Shown in pieces: positions 13,631 to 25,000 of a stretch of DNA of 64,000 nucleotides (within the stretch, counting starts at the first letter, position 1; each line of letters begins with the position of its first letter). Below the pieces are notes generated by a model, which saw only the letters and a program-made list of their open reading frames with translations, was not told where the DNA came from and did not search any database. The translations under genes and the position numbers were made by a program. This DNA comes from Curvularia clavata. Its lineage: Eukaryota. The DNA is taken from assembly GCA_023920165.1 (NCBI GenBank), contig CP089277.1:248001-312000 (forward strand), given 5' to 3'.

Positions 13631-15424
13631 ATGGCGGAATACGAAAGTAAGAAGAGCGGGTTCCGGGCCATGTTTGGCATGCGATCAAGCAAAGAACCAA
13701 AACAGCAGGGTGCGCGGAAGAAGCTATCCAAGGAGGGCTCACGAAGCGACACGCTTCGAAAGCCTAATTCAACCACCGACGCGCGCAGGACCGCCCGTCA
13801 AGATTCTGGTAGTTTCACAGATGAAAGAAACGGATCGGTCGTAACTGAATTCGGCCTTCCGACCTACGATGGTGTTATTGGGGTTCCACCGCACGCGTTG
13901 CGCGACAACCCATATACTGCCATCAATGCCCTCACAGACACAGACAACGCCCGTCTCTTTGTTGACTTGCAAGCCGCCGATTATCGTCGCAACTCAGCGG
14001 GACAGCCCCAATATGCTGCGCCATTATATCAGTCACAGAGCGCAAGGTCGGCGTCGCTGCCACAGATACAGAAGGAGAATAGCCGTCCATACTCGCCACC
14101 CAAAGCTCAGCCGTCGAAACTCAGTAAAGCGCATCGAGCACCTTCGGCGCCTACAAGAGCAGATGATATTCTTGACAAGGACACAGGAGAAAGAAAAGAC
14201 TTGACTGAGATGATGCATGCTTTTACGTACATTGACGGAGTGGACACCATCGAGGAGAAGCACGACGACGAATCCCTCCTCTACGACCCTTCAAAACCTG
14301 ATGGAACCGCCATGCTCAGCAAAGTGTCGCCAGAGCTGTGGCTTCGCATTTCCGATTTCTTGTCGCCCTTGGATGTTGCCAACTTGTCGTCCACATGCCG
14401 GACCATGTATACTCGACTGGGCAAACATCCATACAAACTCCTGTTGGACCCGGTGCACCGCCGCCACCGGTTAGACTTTCTCCTAGCCATGGATCAGAAA
14501 ATGCCACGCCATCTGTTTTGCTTCCCATGTGCCCAATGGCATCTGCGGATCCAGCCTGGTCTGGAGTCGCTGAAGCCTCAAAACGTCCTCAACCCACTCT
14601 TTGAGTGTCCAAACATGACGAACATCCACATCCCACCTCCACGCATCCGCATCACCGACGGACGTACCCTACCATTTGCCTTTGTCCAGCTCGCTCGCCG
14701 CCATTGGATGTACGGCCCGGAATATGGCATTCCGCACCAAACTCTTTCGCGGCGCTGGAAAGACCCTTTTTCGGACTGGACCCACGAATCCACTTACCAC
14801 ATTACAGAAAAAGGCAATGTGCTGATGCGAGTTCGCTCTCAACACCACGTCGAAGGCGGTCTAACCGACGCCGCAAAGCGTCTTCTGCTCTTCAGCCGCG
14901 GTGACTACACACCTTACTTTAGCGTATGTGCGCATTGGAAACACGGGCTTTTGACCTCGATTCCCAAGTGCGCCTTGTCACACATACCTCACACCACTGA
15001 GTCGGATACGAATGCCCTGGAAAAGTTTCGGGATCGCAATCTTGGTAAGAAGATTACGGGCATGATTCCTTTATGTTCTGTGTGTCGGCCCATGCGTCGT
15101 TGTCCCAAGTGCCCTACCGAATACCTCTTTGAGCTCAAGCTGGTGGAGGATAGGTCGGTCCGCAGCAATGTGCCTGGGCGCTTTAAGCAGGCTCTCGTCG
15201 TCACGCGCTGGAGTGACTTGGGGCCTGGGCGCAGCCCACAGGATGCAGAGTGGAGTGCCATCACAGGTGAGAACGACGCGTATGACAGTTTCAAGGAGAT
15301 TGGCAGGAGAGCTGTCAGTGGTGTGTTTGAAAGTGCCTTTACGGATACGATTCCTGGACAGCGCATTTTGAGTATGAATCCGCAGAGCGTGACGGCCAAT
15401 GAAGAAAGTGGGAATTGGTATTGA
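13631..15424 (+). CDS. F-box domain protein; single exon, ~597 aa
   Basis: Long ORF with first ATG at 13631. F-box-like LSKVSPELWLRISDFLSPLDVANLSSTCRTMY, followed by a Cys-rich C-terminal region (CFPC, CSVC, CPKCPTEY, TRWSDLG) typical of fungal F-box proteins. Confidence 0.8.
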   Translation: MAEYESKKSGFRAMFGMRSSKEPKQQGARKKLSKEGSRSDTLRKPNSTTDARRTARQDSGSFTDERNGSVVTEFGLPTYDGVIGVPPHALRDNPYTAINALTDTDNARLFVDLQAADYRRNSAGQPQYAAPLYQSQSARSASLPQIQKENSRPYSPPKAQPSKLSKAHRAPSAPTRADDILDKDTGERKDLTEMMHAFTYIDGVDTIEEKHDDESLLYDPSKPDGTAMLSKVSPELWLRISDFLSPLDVANLSSTCRTMYTRLGKHPYKLLLDPVHRRHRLDFLLAMDQKMPRHLFCFPCAQWHLRIQPGLESLKPQNVLNPLFECPNMTNIHIPPPRIRITDGRTLPFAFVQLARRHWMYGPEYGIPHQTLSRRWKDPFSDWTHESTYHITEKGNVLMRVRSQHHVEGGLTDAAKRLLLFSRGDYTPYFSVCAHWKHGLLTSIPKCALSHIPHTTESDTNALEKFRDRNLGKKITGMIPLCSVCRPMRRCPKCPTEYLFELKLVEDRSVRSNVPGRFKQALVVTRWSDLGPGRSPQDAEWSAITGENDAYDSFKEIGRRAVSGVFESAFTDTIPGQRILSMNPQSVTANEESGNWY

Positions 15425-15681
15425 ATTGGGATCTAAGGAGAAATATTCCATCAATTTAGTGGAACAGTTCGTCATAACTGGCCGCCTTTTTTTAGGAAAT
15501 GTAATTTGAACAGTTTGCATTCGCATATGAGTGTCAGAGATGTAAAACAGCTCAAAGCTAATCTCCCTTCTACGCCGGACTGTCAGGTATTGATACAACA
15601 AACTCCGCCTCATGCACCACATCCAACTCCGCTATAATGCACACAACAACCGCCACCAATCAACTCGTACCATGAACAGTA

Positions 15682-16795
15682 CTATGGTGCTCGCACCACC
15701 TTCCTTCCAGTGACCTCGTACCGCTTCAACTCTTGCAGGATTTTAGGTGAGTCAGCAAAATCGTATACTTCGACCTTGGGCGTTATCTTGCCCTCGAGAG
15801 CCATCTGGAGCAATTCGTCCATCTGCTTTGCGTTACCGGTTGAAGAGCCGCGGATTGTGAGACCTTCGAGGATTAGCATCAAGATTCTATAAATGAGGAC
15901 CATGTTGCAGAAATGACATACCCCTGTTAGCAATATGGATGGGACTCATAGGGAACATAAAAGTATCTGGTGGCAGGCCTACACAGACAAATACGCCGCT
16001 GTTTCTGCACAATTCGGGAGCTTGGGTGTACGCCTTTTCGCTTCCCGCAACGCAGATGACTCCGTGTGCGCCTTCGCCGTCGGTAAGGTCCTTGACAGCC
16101 TGGACGACATCCTGCTTTGCGTAGTCTACGAAAGCCACGGCGCCCATTTCTTTTGTCAGTTTTTCTTTCTCAGCCCCGCTGTCAATAGCAATGACTTTGT
16201 AGCCCTTGTTACTGGCAATCTGTACTCCAATGTGTCCCAGTCCGCCTCCCGCACCGATGATAGCCACGAAATCGCCAGGCTTGAGTTCAGGTTCCAGCTT
16301 CGACACGCCGCCTGCGAGACTCAGGCCCGCGCAGAGCAGAGGCGCCGCAATCTCGCTCTTGACACCGTCTGGAATCATGGTCACGAACTGCGCATCCGCA
16401 ACGACGTACTGTTGCAACGTGCCCCAGGTATTCCTGCCCGTGTTCTTCTGCTTGCCACAGTGGTTCTCCTTGCCTTGCTTACAGCTACTGCACTTTTGGC
16501 ACGCGTTCCATAGCCACTTGATCCCGACGCGCTTACCCATCATTTCCGACGATACGTCTGGGCCGAGCGAGACTACGGTACCAACACCCTCGTGGCCTGG
16601 CACTTCAGTGTATTTTCCGGGCCAAGCCAGATTATGGCAGTCTGAGTGGCAGATGCCGCTGCATTCGAGCTTGACGAGGACTTCGCCTGCGGAGGGCTTT
16701 TGTACAGGTACGTCGTTGCGGATCTGGAGGACGCAGTCGGGTCCGGGGTTGTGGATCCAGCCGGCTGTTTGCGTGGTGGGTATCGCTTCAGTCAT
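15682..16795 (-). CDS. Zinc-dependent medium-chain alcohol dehydrogenase; 2 exons, ~351 aa
   Basis: Motifs GICHSD, GHEGVG, structural-Zn CQKCSSC..ENHC, APLLCAG and Rossmann GAGGGLG. Intron 15864-15921. Confidence 0.93.
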
Positions 16796-17400
16796 TTTGT
16801 CGAGGGACTTGGGGGGATTGAGGGTTATGCTGGTCTGAGAATTGGCTGCTCTTGTAGCCGGATACGAGCTTGAGAAGAAGAAGGAATATATGCTTCTTCT
16901 GGGCTGGGTCTTTGGAGAGATAGCGATGGTGGGGGGCCGGAATTGACCCCGCTGTTGCCCCGCTATGCGGTCTAGTCCGCGATATACACCAATCGGAGAG
17001 CGCCAAACTCCGCATCCGAGGCGTACATACAAAGCCGTGTCTGTTTGCCGTTTCTCTAACCTCCATTGGCGCACAGGAGTTTGCCGATGGATAACTCGGG
17101 AGAAGTGTCGTTCGCTAATTACATGGGTTGTATCTGAGTTATGATCTGATACTAATCCTGTAAAAGACAGTGTATGCTTTTGAAGTGTCCTGGTTGAAGA
17201 AGTTGAGTAAAATTGTTTAAGTACGTATTTACTGTGAGAGTAGCTGGTAGAGCTGCGTCATAGTTCGTGACTATATCAGGATTCATTGTTCTCATTCAGG
17301 GTCAACCTCCGCAGTTATCCGTGAGCTCCATACTTGCCATACACCTGTATCATCCAAAGACATCTGAAAGGTACTCTCGTCGCAGTTGCCTGTCGCTAAG

Positions 17401-18177
17401 ATGACGGAGAAGTCAACGCAAGCTCACAAAACGTAAGCCCAAGCTCTAGATACAAGCTTGCATCTCCAATTAACTCCTCAGTTAGGCTCTACCAGGACCC
17501 TACCTTTTCCGATATCACGATCCGTCAAACTTTCCAGGGCAAGCACAGAGAATATCTGGCTCACAAAGCTGTCCTTTGTAACCACTCCGGATGGTTCATG
17601 CGAGCTCTGACTGGAAATTTCAAGGTAGATTGTTACTTGTACAAAAGCCAATGTCCTAAGTTGACTATGATAGCAGGAGTCCGCTGAGAATACCATTGAA
17701 GTGCACGATGACAATCCAGAGGCATTCGAGGCAATGATGTACTTCTTCTACCATATGGATTTTGACAAACAGTCTGGCCTCTTTGACAAAACAAGGAACC
17801 CGAGATCTTTGATAGAAGAATTGACTGACATCGTGGACTGTTACTCACTGGCAGATAAATACGACGCCGGACCCTTCTTGGATGCTTTGCTGGAGCGATT
17901 CAAACAGGTAACCGCACCATTCTCTGGAAACCTGACAGAAAACAACATTAAGATGCTGGTTCATGCTCATTACCCATATTGTACAGCACCCATGTGCAGT
18001 ATGAGTGAACCTCTAGTTTCTTTCATGTTCAAAAACGATGGCGTCGAGATTTTTGGCTCAAAAATGGTACAAGAGTTGATTTTGCAATATGGGAACTTCG
18101 GCACAGACTTGTTGGTGTTGGGGATGCGTACTGGAAAGCTTACCGCTCCAAAACTATGGAATCCGATTCTGTGGTAA
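17401..18177 (+). CDS. BTB/POZ domain protein; 3 exons, ~223 aa
   Basis: Introns 17433-17485 and 17625-17676 (TAGCAG tandem acceptor). Spliced product reads FSDITIR..EYLAHKAVLCNHSGWFMRALTGNFKESAENTIEVHDDNPEAFEAMMYFFY..YSLADKY. Confidence 0.88.
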
Positions 18178-18595
18178 GGGAAAACCGAGAGTTATTTGAG
18201 GATCACGCTTGTATGTTTGATCTAGCTCAAAACTCAGGGGGAAGGACAGGCAACTCATTTCTTCTCTGTCAGACTCGGTATCCGACAGTTGGTCTTTTAG
18301 TCCGTGACTTATTCAATAGCACCACTCTTAATATATCTGCTGTGTTCTGTCAGTTTTCTTAGGCAGGAAAGAAGCCAGCATACTATACGCTCAAGATTGC
18401 AAGGACAAGCACGTGCTGTTTTCTTTGGATTCTCCATCACTTTATGTGGGAGCTAGGAAACCGTAAAAAAACAAGATCCTTTTTTTAGAACCAGATAACT
18501 ATCTCCAATAACTATGACAGCATCTATGTTGAATAGATGCATGTCATTTAATAGCAAAAATTTGTGGCTGATGGTATTGTCCCACATTCGGTTAC

Positions 18596-19025
18596 TTAAG
18601 TGCCGCACCTGTCGAGAAAGCTGACGCTGATTTCCACACCATTACAACCATTGCGACTCTGGACTGCCCAGCTACCACATCCGCCAGCATTGGCGCAAGT
18701 GCGATCAATATTAACGCTGCAACCGGAAGTAATACCAATGTTCGTTAGGCCCCCATTAGTTCCAAAAGGAACTAATTCTTGAATGTTGGTCTGGGCTCCA
18801 TTGACCCTGTAGAAGCTGTTGAAGAGTCAGACTGTGTTCAAATCGGATAGCAAGTGTTGAATGGGTTGTTCTCTAGACGTACCCTTTAACACAGCAAGAT
18901 TCCTGGCCGGTAGGCGCGCAGGCCCTCTTAACAATGTCTCTCTCGTCCAGTGATTGCATAGATGGTGCAGCCGACGTTAGAGAGAGACTAGCAAGTAGAA
19001 AAGCGAGTTGGTAAGAGAATTGCAT
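18596..19025 (-). CDS. Small secreted cysteine-rich protein (candidate effector) with Kex2-cleaved pro-peptide; 2 exons, 120 aa
   Basis: Exon 1 19025-18883, intron 18882-18816 (GTACGT..CTGAC..CAG), exon 2 18815-18596 (TAA). Product MQFSYQLAFLLASLSLTSAAPSMQSLDERDIVKR/ACAPTGQESCCVKGFYRVNGAQTNIQELVPFGTNGGLTNIGITSGCSVNIDRTCANAGGCGSWAVQSRNGCNGVEISVSFLDRCGT with 8 Cys. Absent from the ORF track. Confidence 0.9.
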
Positions 19026-19108
19026 GACGGCTGCTGGTGTTGCTTGTATTTAATTGAGATGTTGTTGGTGTGTTTGCTGTGACTTGATTATGGGGGTTCA
19101 GAGTTGTA

Positions 19109-19114
19109 TTTATA
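19109..19114 (-). promoter_or_regulatory. TATA box of the small secreted protein gene
   Basis: TATAAA on the minus strand ~85 bp upstream of ATG 19025, followed by a CA-rich leader. Confidence 0.6.
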
Positions 19115-22096
19115 CTCCTCCACGAGCATCCTTGACTATGATTTGTAACCATCTGCAATGGTTCTTCCTCTGAGGAAGCGATACTGGAGAATTCCGATCC
19201 GCAATTCTGCGGAATCTGACTTGGTTGAATAATGCCTGTAGATTGAACACTGTCAAATTTGATAGGCTGAAGAGCCTCTACGGCTCGAAATACGGTGGCT
19301 TTGGAAGTATAGAGCATGGTATCTAACCGGTACAATCAGGTCATGACGCATGTTAGTATTTTAGCTTTCACGCTCAGAAAGTCATTTTGCTTCACTTGCT
19401 TTAAACGAGCTTACTCCGTGGCTAGAAGCTGTGTCAGACACACCGTGTGGAGTATTGAATCCTGGACGTGCCGTGTCCGGCGCAAAACGTGCCGTGTCAA
19501 GTGCTAAACATCCCGCGTCAAGTGCTACGTGTTACATCTTTCAGAACTTTTGTGCCATTTCTTTTGCTTTGTTGAAATAATATCAACTATTTTAGGAGAA
19601 GATTCAGTCAAAAGCAGCCAATTCCACTAGGCCATGACAGAGGGATTAGCTCAGTGTTAGCTACTGCTTGACTGGGGACTTATAGCAAAACAAAGCTACT
19701 TAGGTAGTTAAGCATTTTCTAGGCCCCAGGGTTAAATTTAAAGAACGGCATTGTATTGTAATAAGGTACGAATGGAGATCGGATCGAGTTCTGTCCGGAC
19801 GAAAAACAAAGAAAGTGCTGACTGGATCTGCTAGATAGGGTTAGACCATCCTCAATGGACAAGATCTAGAATTCGATGTGCTAACGATACAGATGCTTAG
19901 CAGGGTTAGCGTCTGACATGCCGGAAACACCACCGCGCTCAATATATTAATAGAGAACAAGAGTCTTGAACAAGTAACTTTCTAGCTAGCCTGTCAAATG
20001 TGGTAAAAAGGACAATCGTGATGTTGAGGCTCCTGTAGGTAGACTACCGTGACTGGTGTTAGATTTCCTTTCCAAGCTCTTCATTGCCATTTGCAAAACA
20101 ATCATGTTGAGGCCGGAATCTTTGATTTCTGTCGTGCACGCAAAGCCGCTCATGAACATCAATGCGGATAGAGTTCGTTTGAAGAACTTGAGTGAGAATC
20201 TGACGTGATCTTCAAATGATGTCCTGGCTGACGGATCGGCAACGGGGCTTGTTTCAGCTTATCAAGGTATTCAGTGTGTTTCCGATGGACCATGTAGAAC
20301 ATTGCCTGCGGTCCGAAGCATCAAGGCTGGGTCTTTCAACTGAGGGTCCTCAGGCCCTCTCTCCAGCAAACGCAAGCGATACTGATCCACGAATATACAT
20401 TGTCACCACGAAGGACATATAGTACTTGTAAAATATTCTAGACGATCCTTATTATTACTAGGCATCTATTTATAAGCCCATACCCTGGAGCACAAGACCT
20501 CGCGTTCGAATCTCTACTTGGACAGTGTCCTCGATTTTGACTTTTTAATTTTTGGTAGGCTGAAGGGCGGCCTGCCATTCTTTGTGTGATGTATATTATG
20601 GGCCAATCGCTGCAGGCGAGCTGCCATGCAAAACAAAATGAAACACAACTACTCTACTAACATAGGTCTGATTAGAGCTATTAATTGGATCCAACTAGCT
20701 AACTAGATTGATCTTTTCTTCGAATCTTATCCTATCTTGCCTGATAAACAGCTTTGATCAGATTAGATCAGATCAGTAATCAACGTGTATTGGTTGTGAC
20801 ACTTTGGCTATTGGGATTCCAGCGAACATCGATGAGATAGCCATACGTAAAGCGCCATACACTACAGGCTTCTAATCTTCAAAGAGCAACCGAGGCTTCT
20901 TGGCAGACAAGTGACGATGGTCTTCCATTTGCTTACGCGTGGCGCCTTGACGCTGTTTTTCATCTTTGCATGCCTGTATCTCACCCCACGTCAAGAATCT
21001 TGTATGCCGTATCATCCGCCAACTTTCTTTTTCTAAGCCCTAGAGATACCACCGAACCAAATAAGCCCTGTTCTATCAATGCTTCGTTTTGCCCGGCTCC
21101 GTTTTGGTTCCGGTTTGGTTCCATAGACTATCAAAACCACAGATCTGACAAACTTCATTCGTTTCGAGTATACCCTGTTTTTTCAGGGGCTATTCTTTTG
21201 AGATTGTACGTGACGCCTTGAACTGGTTGCAGAAAATCTCATTAGGAAGCAAATCGTGGACCAAAGTGTAGGCAATTACTAGATGACCTAATATGCAACA
21301 AAAGCGAAGGAGAACAGAAGGACCAAGGCAACAGATGGTAGTGGGCTTTGTTCACAACGGTTATGACGTATCATTGAGAGCGGACGCTATCCGAGTGGCT
21401 ATCGAGTGGCAGGAGGTGGCTAGATGCATCGTCGTACCAGGGTCGGGACGGCGCGTGTGGGTGGTGGGAAGACTAAAATGGTAGCAGGTGCGGCTTGGCA
21501 TATTTTTGATTGAACAAGAACAGGATGTCTAGTACACAGAGAATGATGGAGTCTCACAGATTGAAGCAGCGTTTTCTTGAGGAGTTATCGGCGCCGAGTG
21601 TGGTATAATTACGGGGGCTGCCCGACGCGGTTGGCGGCAGGTGGGGACGATGCTCCTTCCAGAAGGCCTGCGGGCCGGGCTTGGCAGACAGGGGACAGGG
21701 CATGGGAAGCGTGGGAATCTGGGATTCTGGATTCTGACGTGCATTGCAGCACGACAACGGCCACGCACAACGGAGCCCCGCAAACACACAAGCCAGACAC
21801 GGCTTCTCTCGAGTCGTAGTTTCAAAATTATCTTGACCCGGCCTCGCCTCGACACTCCCGCCCTCTTCCTCTTCCAGGCACTCCCTGAGCTAGTCACCCG
21901 TTCCGAGTCCATCGCCGCCAACCATTACCACGCACATCCACGACGCCCTCGATGCCCTCGCCTTCGTAGCCCTGCGCTCCTCCTGATTATGTTCGCCCGG
22001 AAGAGGCTCCATATCTCTCAGCACATGGCGTGCACTCGCGACCAAATACCCCAATAACACTCGAGTCGGTCCATGGCCCCCGACTGAAGCACCATA

Positions 22097-25000
22097 ATGG
22101 CCCTACCAACCCTTCAGTTCCTCGCGGGGCTCCTCCTTTTGATCTACCTCCTCTCATTTGTTTTATTCGCATTCATCCGTATAGCTACAGGCGTCTCCAT
22201 CCAGCGACTAGGTCTCCGAGGCCTGCGCCGCATCGCATTCACCCCCAAGGACGGCCTCCGCATTGAAATTCGGGGGCTCGGCTTTACCCTCCACCGCCCT
22301 ACTTTTGCTCAGCCAACTATTGTCAGCATCGTTCTGCATGAGCTCAAAGTCATAGTGGACCTGAAAGCGCTCGGCGAGAAGCCTCGGAAGAAAGCGGGCT
22401 GGACACAGTGGTCAAATGGTGCCACTCAGAAGGGCAAGAGTGGTGAGGCCACGCCACCCGAAGCCACCAACGACGATACCAGCGACGACGAGACACCGAG
22501 AAGCTTGACGTGGAAGCGCCTGACTGAGGCGAAAGAGCGGATTAAGCGCCTGCATCGGAACATTCATTGGCTGTGCCAAGTCGACTTGGTTGCGCACGCG
22601 ACCTCGCTTGTCATTGTCGACGTGGGATCGGTGCACGTTGGAGGCTTGAACGTGGCTGTCGACACCAGGCGCAAGACGGTTGACCGCAGCAGACTCTTTA
22701 ACCACCACAAAGCGAAACCAGACCAGGAACAATGGCCTGCCGAGTGGCTCTTCTCTGCTCGCAGTATCCTCTTCACACCCGAGGGCAGGGAGTCAACCGA
22801 GATACTCGACAACTTCACTCTTAACATCCACGGCTTCCTCAAAAAGGAGCTCGAAGGCCTGCGTGATGCCTCCATCGCTCTCAAGCTCGGCCGCCTTAGT
22901 ATCCCGTACGATGACATCAAGCTGTGCATAGATAGGGCCCAGAAGTGCCGTGCCACTGCACCTCAGAAGCCATCCCGTGCTAGTACAATCGACAGTGCTC
23001 TCTCACACGTCGCTGAAGAGCTCGATGACTCTAGCAAGAGAGATGAAAAGCTTGTCCGCACCGTTTCCGATTCTCGTGAATTCGCCAGCTCCATCCTTCG
23101 TGGTATACACGAGTTCCAGTTCGCTGTAGGCTTCCTTGGCCTCACAAAACAAATCGAAACTGGCCACAGCTCAGAGCCTCCAGTTTATCTCAATGTCTCC
23201 ATGAAAGAAGTAGGCATGGACCTGCTCCGCTTGGACCCTCGCAGTCCCGCACATCTCATGTACTTCTCTCCCCACGATATTGCTCACCAGGCACTTTTAG
23301 CAGCTATATCCATTTCGGTCGGTATCGATAGCAGTGACGGTCATCCTGAACGCCTCCTTTACATTCCCATGGCCACAACTACTTTGAACACCACTCTACC
23401 TTCCAAGACCATCCACTTCTCTAATGATAAGGACACCGCAGAGCGCAACACCAACATCCTGTTTGCCAACTTAGTTGTTACATCTCCGTCTTTGGATCTT
23501 GATCCTAGACACCTTCCACTTCTTGTCGCCATTTTCCACAACTACGAATCTAATCGAAAGCCGCAAAAAGTGAGGAGCCGCAAGCGCTTTTTATTTCGTC
23601 GACTTCTCCCAAAAGCCAACATCAAAATTTCGATTCATGAGCCAGTCATTCGGGTTACTCTTCCCCCGATGGATGTGAGCAAGCGCGACTCTGACGAGTT
23701 CGACCTTTTAATCTCAGCTTCATCATCCATATCCCTGGACTTAGAATCCTCCCACGCCGCGGGCGGTGACTTGCATTACGCGCTCAGCTCAACATTCCGC
23801 ATGAACACACAGCAGCTATACTACCAGACAGCTGCAGTCGAGAAGCATGATCTGCTCTTGACGGACTATCTTGAGGTCAAGGTGCAAATGAGCGCGGCCC
23901 CCGACCCCGTCGTGGAAGTATGGGGTACAGCACAAACGTTTTCTCTCTATCTAGTCCGACCAGAAATTAGTGAGGGACTGCGTCAGATCGTTTCGCAGAT
24001 GCAGAAGAATATGAATCGTCGGCGTAGGGCGGCTAAACAAAAAGAACAGAACATCTTGCGAAAGCTGCCCAGCTGGATGGCTTATGTGCATCTACAAGGA
24101 TCAGACTTCAACGTGGAAGTTGCTGGGGTGGACCCTGCAGTCTCAAAACACAGTCGCGGAGTCGCTTTGCATCTGGAATCATGGACGGCAGAGTACAAGC
24201 AAAACCGAGGAGACGACCTGGATCTCAGACCGGTCAGAAGGCGCGCACCAAGCCGAACCATCAATCGAGATGAGCACCTGCTCCGGTCGCCTCCTGGCAC
24301 TCCAAAGTCACCAAAGAGATCCTCAGGCAATCCAACTGACGGTAGACGCCTTGCTATACATTTCAACGGGCTGGAAGGCGTTGTCATCGAAGAGGACGAC
24401 CAATCAGAACAAGAACCGACCTTATCCTTGCCCCGTATGGAAATCGCTCTTCACACCCTCTCTGATAAGCAAGGCCCGATTTTCCACGTCCATTCATACT
24501 GTCAAAGCTTGTTCCTTCACTATTCCCTATACCGCCACTTTGCTTTGTGCATGGCTATAAAGGTCCTGAAACAGTCTTTTGATCTGGGCTCATCGAAGAA
24601 GACCGCAGAGCCTACACCGTCCAGATCACCGCGACATTTGTCTGTTCCTACCCTTGGTGATGATATTATCGATCCCATGAGCAGGGTAAACCGCGAGATT
24701 GTAACAGTCGACATCAGAGCTCACTTCCTTCAGATCAAAGCGGACATGCCTGCTGACCCACCCCTCATGCTTCAGGTCTATGGATTGGAAGCTGGCAAAC
24801 ATCGTTGGTCAAGCCCGTTCCTCAGGTCGCGTCTGGTGCGACTCTTCGCCGAGAATCCGGCCATCAAACGGGTTTGGAGTCGAATTGTCAGCGTCAAGTC
24901 TTTGCGGGTGGACTACAGACAATCAAAGCTGAGATATGGTCATACTGTCACAGACGAAAAATCGTTCGACATTGCTACGGACGCAATCAGGATCGCTGTG

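Noticed and set aside
19985..20400. Minus-strand frame with protein-like stretches interrupted by stops (IFVDQYRLRLLERGPEDP...FEDHVRFSLKFFKR)
   Set aside because: No family recognisable. It cannot be called a pseudogene without a homology search.
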